This document shows positions 26,904-34,381 of a stretch of DNA of 34,381 nucleotides, piece after piece. Below the pieces are notes generated by a model, which made no database searches, was not told the DNA's origin, and saw nothing but the letters and a program-made list of their open reading frames with translations. The translations under genes were made by a program, and so were the position numbers. Origin of the DNA: a virus (taxonomy: Duplodnaviria; Caudoviricetes). The stretch spans positions 1 through 34,381 of the IMG/VR virus record IMGVR_UViG_3300022187_000109, one strand, 5' to 3'. How positions within the stretch are numbered: position 1 is the first letter of the stretch; each line of letters opens with the position of its first letter.

Positions 26904-29378
26904 TTAGCAAGCCATCAAGACACACGGCACAAGATAGCTGCCATCGTCATAGGTATGCGAAACGTGCGTTGATGTGACCTTTGCAATGGTCTTGCTGCGA
27001 ACAATATCATCGCCCTGCGGCTTGGCCGTGCCGTCACCAGCAGACATCAGCAAGTCGCCTCGTGTCACTGTCGTGCCTTGTGCAATTCGGATAACAAAAT
27101 CACCTGTCATGGCGATTGTCATGTCATCATAGTTGTCATCGTCTTCATCCCAGCTATCCATGACGCCAGCGACATTGACATCACCTTCGACAGACGAAAC
27201 AGCCATGCGGTTTAGCTGTTCGTTATCTTCAGCAACGACTGTGCCGGTAACATCACTATCTTCAAACTGTACAGTGACGGTCTGACCAACGTCTGCATCG
27301 CCGCCGTATCCAGTTTTTTTCGGTATAATTCTCTGATTGCCTTCATCGTCAGTAATGACATAATCAAAGCTAACTTGTTTCCACTCGCACATTTCGTTGA
27401 GGTTGGTCATCACTGTGCCACGAACAATGCTCGTATCTTTTGAGCCATCGCTAGTTTGCGACCAGCGGGATAGGTGACCACCGACAAGACTGACTGTTGA
27501 GCCGCTGACGTTTATATTGCCTTCTGCCGTCCCGTCTTGATAAAAAGTAACAATAGCCCCATCGTTTCCCGTTCTGTTGAACGCAGCCGGGTCGCCGTTG
27601 TATCTTGCGGCGGAAAATAGTCCTAGATTAAAGGCATTGAGAACGGTGGCTGGGTCGTCACCTGAATTATTGTATGGACTTGCATCTGCATCGCCGCTGA
27701 CAGTGACAGCACCGCTAGACAAAATCCGCATACGTTCTGTGTTGTTAGTGCCAAATATCAGCGGATTGTTAGACACATTTTTAAGAGTGCTTCCACCGCT
27801 AGACGCAAGAAGCTGAACAGTGTCTGTGTTTACTAGCTGTAAAACACCAGTGCCCCGAACATCAAGTTGAACACCTCCGCTTGGCGAACCCGTACCAATG
27901 CCAACGTTGCCGCTTCCCTGCACAGCAAGCAAAGCATTACTACCGTTATAATCTTGCACAACAAGCGCATTTTGTGACGATGTAGAACCACCACGAATGG
28001 TCAAACCCTCGCCTGTTGCGCTGGTGTTATAAATTATTGCTCCGTAGGCTCCTGAAGACGATGTTGATACTTGAAGTTTTGCATTTGGTGAACTCGTCCC
28101 AATGCCCACGTTACCGCCGCTGCCGATGCGGAGGCGTTCTGCGTCGTTCGTATAAAAAATAAGGCTATTAACCGTAGCACCTACTCTTGGGGCTGTCGAT
28201 GTGCCGCTACCGGCAAGCTGGATAAAGCCTTCTGTGGCAGATGAGCTAAACCGCCCTACCAAATTAGATGCGCTATCAACGTGCAAAGTTCTGATAGGAC
28301 TGCTAGTACCAATGCCCACGTTGCCGCTGCTGTCGATGCGCATACGTTCTGAGCCGTTGGTATATGTAGCAATAAAACCATTTTCACGATTAATTATATA
28401 ATCATCTGCACCTATTTGAATAATTTCAAAACCATTGCCGGTTCCAGCACCGCTTGTACTGTCAGTGAGCCTTAAATTAGCACCACTTGTTCCTGTATCG
28501 TGAATTTGTAAAACATTTCCATAGCTAGTAGCTGGCGAACTCGTCCCAATGCCCACATTGCCGCTGCTGTCGATGCGCATTGCTTCTGTACCATTAACAT
28601 CAAATTCATAGTTATAACCACTACCAATATTAAAACCTAAAGAGGTAGGTGAAGCTAATTGAACTGCACCTGCACCCAATGGTTCTACATTAAAAGTACC
28701 TGCACTTGTTTTAACTGATAAAGTTGAACTAGGTGAACTCGTCCCAATGCCTACGTTGGCATCTAAAACAATGTCGCCAGTGCCATTTGGGTCGATGGTG
28801 AGGTTACCGTTCGTGTCGGTGCTTGAGATGGTGTTGCCATTGATGTTAATGTTGTCAACGTCTAGGTCACCAACTACGTTAGCAGAGCCTGTGATTGTGA
28901 GTGTGGCAGTATCAATGGTTACAGCGGTAGAGGCATCAATGTCAACTGTGGGGGCTACAACTTCCAGTTCAACGTCTGCGTCAATATCGAGTTGACCGTC
29001 TACGCTAGAGTTGATAAACAGGGCTGTGTCCCGGAATTGTACTTTCTTGTCGGTTGCAACCAAAATATCTTCGCCCAAACCGTCAATATAGGCGGTTCCA
29101 TCAAGATACATATCCTTGAACTGCAGGGAAGCGGTTCCAATATCCAACGTGTTCGTGGTCTTCGGCTTGATTTCTGTGGCACTTGCAATGAAATCTTGAA
29201 CCGGACCAAGCACGGTAATCGGCGCACCTTCTGCTGCCGTGCCATCGTGGGTGTGGCCCGTTGACTCGTTAAACGCAGCTTCAATAGCGTCATACTCAGA
29301 ATCTATATCTGACGCATTGATTATGTTCCCGTCTGCAATATTATTCAGCGTATCCGCTCTAGTATACCCGGTTCCCAT
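26904..29378 (-). CDS. Tail fibre protein with repeated GNVGIGTSSP modules
   Basis: N-terminal GHTHDG anchor-type region; five NVGIGT(S/G)SP repeats; C-terminal GDLLMS...KTIAKV chaperone-like domain. Confidence 0.8.
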   Translation of the reverse strand: MGTGYTRADTLNNIADGNIINASDIDSEYDAIEAAFNESTGHTHDGTAAEGAPITVLGPVQDFIASATEIKPKTTNTLDIGTASLQFKDMYLDGTAYIDGLGEDILVATDKKVQFRDTALFINSSVDGQLDIDADVELEVVAPTVDIDASTAVTIDTATLTITGSANVVGDLDVDNININGNTISSTDTNGNLTIDPNGTGDIVLDANVGIGTSSPSSTLSVKTSAGTFNVEPLGAGAVQLASPTSLGFNIGSGYNYEFDVNGTEAMRIDSSGNVGIGTSSPATSYGNVLQIHDTGTSGANLRLTDSTSGAGTGNGFEIIQIGADDYIINRENGFIATYTNGSERMRIDSSGNVGIGTSSPIRTLHVDSASNLVGRFSSSATEGFIQLAGSGTSTAPRVGATVNSLIFYTNDAERLRIGSGGNVGIGTSSPNAKLQVSTSSSGAYGAIIYNTSATGEGLTIRGGSTSSQNALVVQDYNGSNALLAVQGSGNVGIGTGSPSGGVQLDVRGTGVLQLVNTDTVQLLASSGGSTLKNVSNNPLIFGTNNTERMRILSSGAVTVSGDADASPYNNSGDDPATVLNAFNLGLFSAARYNGDPAAFNRTGNDGAIVTFYQDGTAEGNINVSGSTVSLVGGHLSRWSQTSDGSKDTSIVRGTVMTNLNEMCEWKQVSFDYVITDDEGNQRIIPKKTGYGGDADVGQTVTVQFEDSDVTGTVVAEDNEQLNRMAVSSVEGDVNVAGVMDSWDEDDDNYDDMTIAMTGDFVIRIAQGTTVTRGDLLMSAGDGTAKPQGDDIVRSKTIAKVTSTHVSHTYDDGSYLVPCVLMAC

Positions 29379-29878
29379 TACATGTACTCCTGTAGCAATT
29401 TATTCTGCTTTTTAAGGTTGACCTCTGCCGGTATAACCTGTAGGTTTGTGTGTATATGCAGACCGCATACATTAGCACCCGCTAAAGGTATTATATGGTC
29501 TACATGCAAATTCAAATTAAATGTTGTATTTAGCCAGTTACAATGGTCGTATATGTATTTTATTCTACTTAAATTAGCCCACGCAGGAGTAGCTTTTTTC
29601 TTTCGTGCTCTTCTAATAGCAGTGTGATAATTTACAAGACCTCTATTATTACTTTTCCAAAGTCTTCTAGCTAAATCGTGTTTCTCTTTATTCCTGTTAG
29701 ACCAGCTTCTATTAGCAAGCAATACCCGGTCTTTGTTTTGTATATATCTAGTTCTGCCTATTTTTGATGAACATACCTTGCATTTAGATTGTACACCTGT
29801 TTTATTTCGCGAACATTTATGGAATCCATCAAGAGATTTTACTGTGTCGCATTTTCTACAAAGTTTACCGTCTTCCAT
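29378..29878 (-). mobile_element. Free-standing HNH homing endonuclease gene
   Basis: CRKC...CKVC N-terminal zinc motif, ATPAWA and HVDHIIPL...CGLHIHTNLQ...NLKK; visibly AT-richer than its flanks; start uncertain (29878 or 29887). Confidence 0.8.
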
Positions 29879-32033
29879 AAGTACCATATTCGAGCGTAAC
29901 TGCGTCCAAAGAGTGTGGTGGGTTCGTTGAATTCGCACGGAACTGGAGCGAAACAACATACCCAGAGCCTACCATCTGGCTCTCAAATAATCGTTGAATT
30001 GTACCACCATAACTACCTGTTCCATAAATAGCGGTTCCATAAAATGCCGGGACGTTTGCCCCTGAAGTGTTGTCGAACACGACGGGGGTAGGTTGGATAA
30101 TTCCCAACTCGTCAAAATCAAACAGCAGGTTTACTTCACTGAAGAAACTGCCATCTGGGTCCGTGTACAAAAACATCTTGTAGATGGTCTTGCGAATCCG
30201 GGGGTCGTTGATTGGGATGTACGGGGTAGCAAAGGTCGAATAAATCTGCGCCCCATCCAAGCTGTTTCCCGACTCCATCTGGTAAACGTATCCGGTTGTG
30301 TTCGCGAACACGATGGTTTCAATTCCTTCGTAGAGATTGCTACTGGCAACGTATGCCTTGAATCCCCGCAACTCTGCCCAGTTGATTCCCTGCTCCACCT
30401 GCGAACCGATGATACCCTGTGATGCGTCTGCCGAAAAGTTCGTGTTGTACCCAAGCAGCCTGTACTGGCTCTTAGGGCGAATCACCACACTGCTAAATGA
30501 GGTGTTGCGGTTCACGAAGTCGGTTACGTCATCTTGTATCGGCTTTGATGCAACAGCAAGGTTGAAGTCCCCCACCCTGTCGGTTGCAGACAAGCTTCGT
30601 ATTCCATCTGGTCCCAAGTAAAGTACGTCCCCGCCAATCTCTTGAATTGTGTCAGTTTCTGTACAACCGGTGTCCAGAGTGATAGGCTGAAGCTGGAAAT
30701 CCCCAATCGTATTGCCTACCAATCGCTTGATAGACCTCTCACTAAATATTATAAGCTGTTCTCTAAAAATAATCAAGCCCGTAATTGCACTTCCGACATT
30801 TATTGTTCCTGCGCCACTTGCTGCAGAGAAATCATCGTAGGTGTAGGGGGCTGTAAACAGCAGGTTCGAACCCTTTGCAAAGAAAAGCTGGTTCTTGAAG
30901 TTTGCTACGTGGCCTGCGCCGTTACCGTCCGTAGGAATACCGTCGAGGGCGGTAAAGAACGTTCCGTCGTACACAAATGGTACGTTGGCCCCATCAACCC
31001 CTACCATGTAGTCGGTTCCGCTGTAGTTGAAGTTCACGAACCGGTGTTTGTCCATGCCGGTACGGTCTACAGAAAGGAACGTCAGGGCTGCGTTGTCTGC
31101 GGGGCTACTGTTCAGGGCAGGGTCGATAGCAAAGGTTGCAGAGCCGCTGGTAACTGTTGGGGTAGCTGTCAAGGTGTAGATTAGGTCTACGCCTGCAATC
31201 GTAAAGGTGTCGCCAACCTGTGGTGTTCCTGTGATGCCATCCACAACCAAGCTAGTTCCGGTTTGCGAACCACCGTCTACCAAGACAGTACCATAGTTTG
31301 GCGTGTTTATTTTTGTCCAACCGGAACCCGTCGATTTAAACAGGTCTGAACCCCGTGCTGCAATCACTGCGCTTTCGAAGGTGTGTACCCCTTGAATGAT
31401 TCCAGAGCCAGATACAAAGGTTAGGGCATCTTGGTCAGAGGGGTTTACGACCATCGTTTGGTCTAGGGTCAAGGTAGCCCGTTTGTTCACGGAACTAAAA
31501 GAGACACCGCCAGATGCAATCGTGTAGCGGAACGACAGAACAGCATCATCTGCGGGTGCTACTGTAATTGCCGGAGTGATGGTCAGGGTGGATGCCGTAC
31601 CTACGAGAGCGGTTGCGGCACTCACTGTGTAAACTGTGGTATCCCCAGCGATAGTAAATGTGTCGTTTGCAGATGGGGCAACATCCAAGCCATCTACGTT
31701 TAGGCTCGTTCCTGTTTGTGCTGCGCCGTCTACAGCCCCGCCAGCAAGAGAAAACACGTCGGTTGCGGCAGGTGCAGTGTAGATGTTGCCGACAATCAGG
31801 GTTGTGCCGCTCTGTCCGTTACCGTGAACCAGTGGCGCACCATACGGGGGAACGATGTCCGGGTCGTACTTATCGTAGCCTTGAATCGAACGATAACCAC
31901 CCTCGATAGATGGTTCGTAATTACGAAGGATACGAGCCGACCCCGGAGCATTGATACCATGCTGCAACGGGGACATGTTCGTGATGAGGCCACCTTTAAA
32001 TTCGATGGCGTATGTTTGCCAACGGTCAGGCAT
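29865..32033 (-). CDS. Tail tubular/nozzle protein (beta-propeller-like) with three inserted ~70-aa modules
   Basis: GGL N-terminus; LIIFSE, GC...TIQEIGGDVLYLGPDGIRSL pattern; follows the adaptor gene. Confidence 0.7.
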   Translation of the reverse strand: MPDRWQTYAIEFKGGLITNMSPLQHGINAPGSARILRNYEPSIEGGYRSIQGYDKYDPDIVPPYGAPLVHGNGQSGTTLIVGNIYTAPAATDVFSLAGGAVDGAAQTGTSLNVDGLDVAPSANDTFTIAGDTTVYTVSAATALVGTASTLTITPAITVAPADDAVLSFRYTIASGGVSFSSVNKRATLTLDQTMVVNPSDQDALTFVSGSGIIQGVHTFESAVIAARGSDLFKSTGSGWTKINTPNYGTVLVDGGSQTGTSLVVDGITGTPQVGDTFTIAGVDLIYTLTATPTVTSGSATFAIDPALNSSPADNAALTFLSVDRTGMDKHRFVNFNYSGTDYMVGVDGANVPFVYDGTFFTALDGIPTDGNGAGHVANFKNQLFFAKGSNLLFTAPYTYDDFSAASGAGTINVGSAITGLIIFREQLIIFSERSIKRLVGNTIGDFQLQPITLDTGCTETDTIQEIGGDVLYLGPDGIRSLSATDRVGDFNLAVASKPIQDDVTDFVNRNTSFSSVVIRPKSQYRLLGYNTNFSADASQGIIGSQVEQGINWAELRGFKAYVASSNLYEGIETIVFANTTGYVYQMESGNSLDGAQIYSTFATPYIPINDPRIRKTIYKMFLYTDPDGSFFSEVNLLFDFDELGIIQPTPVVFDNTSGANVPAFYGTAIYGTGSYGGTIQRLFESQMVGSGYVVSLQFRANSTNPPHSLDAVTLEYGTYGRR

Positions 32034-32037
32034 GGGC

Positions 32038-32718
32038 TTACGATGCCCTCATGTAGATGTTTTCATTGACCGTTACTGTTCTCATCTGTTTAATACCCTC
32101 GTCGAACTTGCGTTGTGAAACCGATGCCATCTCTAGATTGTCACGGAACATGTAGGCATAGTACATAGCCCCATCGATGATTACATGACGAAACCGCTCT
32201 GGAATTGTCGGGACATCCGTATTAAGGATGAGGTCAACAGGGTCCATGAAATACTCAAAGTCTACCTGATAGGCTTTGTCTGGCATGGGAACCACGCCCC
32301 ACTCACCGTTTTGGGTACGGAACACACGCTCTGGAACTGCACCTAGAGCCGTGTTGGTTTCGTCCTCTTGGTCGATGAACCGGTCTATATATTCATCGTA
32401 ACTAATCTGAGTTAGGTGTTCGGCTCTGCCTAATCCCAACGCTGCATCTCTGCGAACACGAAACGTATCAAAATCAACGTACTTTGCCTGAGACGGAATA
32501 GGGTATCTGGTAACCCCTGCAGTTAAAGTTTGCTGGTATGTGTTGTGATTGAAAGGCCAGCCAAAGTGCGCCTGATTGATGTGACGAATAGAGGAGTTCA
32601 CAGCCTCTTTGATTGCGCTGTAAAACCCCGTAGCTGACGCAAAGTTCGCAGAGGTTAGCTGCGTCTCATTTAGGCGTTTGGCAACATCGTTGGTTAAACT
32701 GAGATAATCATAGGCCAT
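32038..32718 (-). CDS. Head-tail adaptor / tail tubular protein A-like
   Basis: YLSLTNDV..RLNE, WPF, PMPDKAY and IPERFRHVI motifs; position in the structural block. Confidence 0.7.
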   Translation of the reverse strand: MAYDYLSLTNDVAKRLNETQLTSANFASATGFYSAIKEAVNSSIRHINQAHFGWPFNHNTYQQTLTAGVTRYPIPSQAKYVDFDTFRVRRDAALGLGRAEHLTQISYDEYIDRFIDQEDETNTALGAVPERVFRTQNGEWGVVPMPDKAYQVDFEYFMDPVDLILNTDVPTIPERFRHVIIDGAMYYAYMFRDNLEMASVSQRKFDEGIKQMRTVTVNENIYMRAS

Positions 32719-32720
32719 AG

Positions 32721-33068
32721 TTACCGGGTCCTTACTTTGAGGTTAACGGAGCGAATAGCTGTGCTGCCTGTGGTGTCTGTCATCGTACAATAAAACGTGT
32801 AGTTTCGGGTGTTTACTCCGCTGCCGATATTGATGGTGGCAACCGTGTTGGTCTGTGTTTGGGACACATTCTGGATGCTGTCCGTGGTTGCCCCGCCTGA
32901 TGCGGTAGTCAGGTCCTGACCCGAAGCCAAAACTGTACGGGTAGAGTATGCGTCGGTCTCGACAGACCAGACGACTGTGGAGATGGTTGCAGCACCAAGA
33001 AACCGCGACCAGTCCATGCTATAGTCGAGCGTCTCTCCGGGGTCTTTGAAGGGCCATTTGTATGACAT
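32721..33068 (-). CDS. Putative virion structural protein (KDPxExLDYxxDW type)
   Basis: KDPGETLDYSMDW motif; beta-rich. Confidence 0.6.
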   Translation of the reverse strand: MSYKWPFKDPGETLDYSMDWSRFLGAATISTVVWSVETDAYSTRTVLASGQDLTTASGGATTDSIQNVSQTQTNTVATINIGSGVNTRNYTFYCTMTDTTGSTAIRSVNLKVRTR

Positions 33069-33071
33069 AAA

Positions 33072-33179
33072 TTACTCCACGTAAACTGTTCTTGTAAAGC
33101 TGTTGCCGATACTTTCTACCGCAACAACCCGTGTTTCTTGGGGAACGTTGATTGTTCGTTCGTAAGTTGTAAGTGGCAT
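33072..33179 (-). CDS. Small hypothetical peptide (35 aa, MPLTTYERTINV...RTVYVE)
   Basis: Read manually; exactly fills the gap between co-oriented genes, and its end supplies GGAG for the next gene. Confidence 0.5.
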   Translation of the reverse strand: MPLTTYERTINVPQETRVVAVESIGNSFTRTVYVE

Positions 33180-33181
33180 TT

Positions 33182-33892
33182 TTAAGCTGCCCTGTCTATC
33201 ACTGAGGTACGCCGTCTATCATATAGTTCGCGAACCGCGTTAAAATCGAATTGTACTCCGGTATAAGTTCCGGTTCCGACAGTAAAGGTTCCTTGTACAC
33301 CCGAAATTCCAGCGGTGGTGTGAAGCGTTAAACTTCCAACGGCACCTGTGGCTGCTACCCCTGTCGCTATTCTTTCGGTTGGTTGGTCTTCTACACCACC
33401 GCAAGTTACTGTTCCTTGAACACCTGTTAGCGTGAGAGTGTTACTATGCTCAAGTGTTCCTATCGAACCTGTTGCAGTTACACTACCAAGTATTTCTGTA
33501 ATGTTAACCTGAACTGTGTTAACTGTGCCTGTTGCACTCACACTGCCCAAAGCTTCAGTCGGCTTTTCTTCTACAGTGTTCACAAAGCCAGTGGCTTGTA
33601 CTCCTGTTATTGGAGTATTGATGTTTTCTTTTACGGTGTTAACTGTACCTGTTGCTGACACGCCTACAACAGATACTTTAATAAATATGTTTACGGTCCC
33701 TATCGAACCTGTAGCACTAACACCTGTAGAAATACGTTCTGTAACATCTACTTCAAACCCGCCTGCAACGAGAGGGGCTATCGCACCAGTCGCAGAAACT
33801 CCAGCTATGCTTGCTGTGATATCTACTTCGCCGTATCGGGATGTGCCGTATATGCCTACCCCGTACCGCGCTGACTGTGCTATGATAGCCAT
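33182..33892 (-). CDS. Gly/Val/Thr-rich repetitive virion protein
   Basis: About ten GV(S/Q)ATGx(V/I)(G/N)T-like repeats. Confidence 0.7.
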   Translation of the reverse strand: MAIIAQSARYGVGIYGTSRYGEVDITASIAGVSATGAIAPLVAGGFEVDVTERISTGVSATGSIGTVNIFIKVSVVGVSATGTVNTVKENINTPITGVQATGFVNTVEEKPTEALGSVSATGTVNTVQVNITEILGSVTATGSIGTLEHSNTLTLTGVQGTVTCGGVEDQPTERIATGVAATGAVGSLTLHTTAGISGVQGTFTVGTGTYTGVQFDFNAVRELYDRRRTSVIDRAA

Positions 33893-33902
33893 AGCCGTCT
33901 AC

Positions 33903-34340
33903 CTACGCAATGCGAATTACGGCGTTGCTTGCATCCGCAGCAGGGAATTCAATAGTCAAGTCACCGGCAGTTGCGCTAACAGTTCCGCCGAAGTCAATAA
34001 CAGCAATGGCTGCATTACTAGCCGCTGTGTTGTAGATGATACAACCGTCTGCAGATACGGTAACGTCTGCAAACACTTCGTCTGTAAAGTCGACGATTGC
34101 GGTAGAGCCGTCCAGAGAAATAGTTGCACCGTCAAGAACCTGACCGCCCGTTGTGTAGTTGGTTCCGCTGGCTTCGTCGCTGTTGCCGGTTACATCTGAA
34201 TAGTTGGTTGTGCTGGCGTTGTAGGTGCCAGTGGGGGATGCTTTAATTAGAGCAAGTTTCAAGGAATCGGTATCCAAATCATGGACACCACCAAGAACCT
34301 CTTGCTTGAAGCTATTACACATTGCAGTTGTAATTGCCAT
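33903..34340 (-). CDS. Conserved virion structural protein
   Basis: MAITTAMCNSFK...KLAL...YTTGG...IYN...VIDFGG pattern; AGGAGA RBS. Confidence 0.7.
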   Translation of the reverse strand: MAITTAMCNSFKQEVLGGVHDLDTDSLKLALIKASPTGTYNASTTNYSDVTGNSDEASGTNYTTGGQVLDGATISLDGSTAIVDFTDEVFADVTVSADGCIIYNTAASNAAIAVIDFGGTVSATAGDLTIEFPAADASNAVIRIA

Positions 34341-34381
34341 GATTTGTGTCTCCTAAAGTGAGGTTTCGAAATATTCTTCTA

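Larger units (their letters stand above)
167..33235. repeat. Dispersed highly iterated palindrome GTTCGCGAAC and half-motif GTTCGCG
   Basis: Perfect copies at 6179, 7774, 8099, 9807, 15897, 16688, 23073, 30300 and 33226; about 43 sites with GTTCGCG/CGCGAAC by manual count. Confidence 0.88.

Noticed and set aside
33170-33190. Programmed -1 frameshift fusing 33182-33892 to the 35-aa ORF
   Set aside because: No canonical slippery heptamer before the stop; re-initiation at the adjacent ATG is simpler
167-33235. GTTC-containing motif as an alphaproteobacterial LexA box (GTTC-N7-GTTC)
   Set aside because: The pairs checked have other spacings (N10 at 167/181, N8 at 6185/6197); most sites are inside genes, and the geometry is inverted rather than direct
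167-33235. Motif as a by-product of amino-acid usage, or as a polar Chi-like site
   Set aside because: It occurs in all three frames and intergenically; the full form is palindromic, and GTTCGCGG occurs in both orientations (about 13 versus 6)
17010-34199. Numerous plus-strand ORFs in the ORF track opposite structural genes (e.g. 33516-34199, 30642-31184, 25550-26017)
   Set aside because: They are antisense shadows of long minus-strand genes, with no recognisable motifs or evident RBS
1-34381. tRNA, rRNA, intron or intein
   Set aside because: No cloverleaf or rRNA-like tract was seen; the GTTCG matches resemble a T-loop but lie in coding sequence without tRNA stems; polymerase, helicase and RNR lengths leave no room for inteins

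Overview
This is a 34.4-kb segment of a dsDNA podovirus-like phage genome, most consistent with the marine HMO-2011-type group. The main evidence is a family A DNA polymerase carrying a DnaJ-type CxxCxGxG zinc-finger insert, a class II ribonucleotide reductase, and no RNA polymerase in the window; an alphaproteobacterial host is inferred. There are three transcription blocks. (i) A leftward early/accessory block (175-5825) of small ORFs, including DUF932-like, Gp88-like, HTH, ribbon-helix-helix and zinc-finger proteins, with sigma70-like promoters. (ii) A rightward replication and nucleotide-metabolism block (5951-16461): primase, DnaB-like helicase, a DNA polymerase split into exonuclease and polymerase genes, putative SSB, PD-(D/E)xK nuclease, endonuclease I, MazG, DUF3310 and NrdJ. 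(iii) A leftward virion block (16458-34340): internal proteins, tail fibre, an inserted HNH gene, and tail tube/adaptor proteins. The most striking unexplained signal is a highly iterated palindrome, GTTCGCGAAC. By eye there are 9 perfect copies and about 43 sites with the GTTCGCG half-motif. It occurs in all three reading frames and once inside a promoter spacer. Other notable signals are an iteron-like array at 3244-3486, the split polymerase, a domain nested inside a copy of itself in the tail protein, and two candidate anti-Shine-Dalgarno RNA elements. All motif counts were made manually and need computational confirmation.
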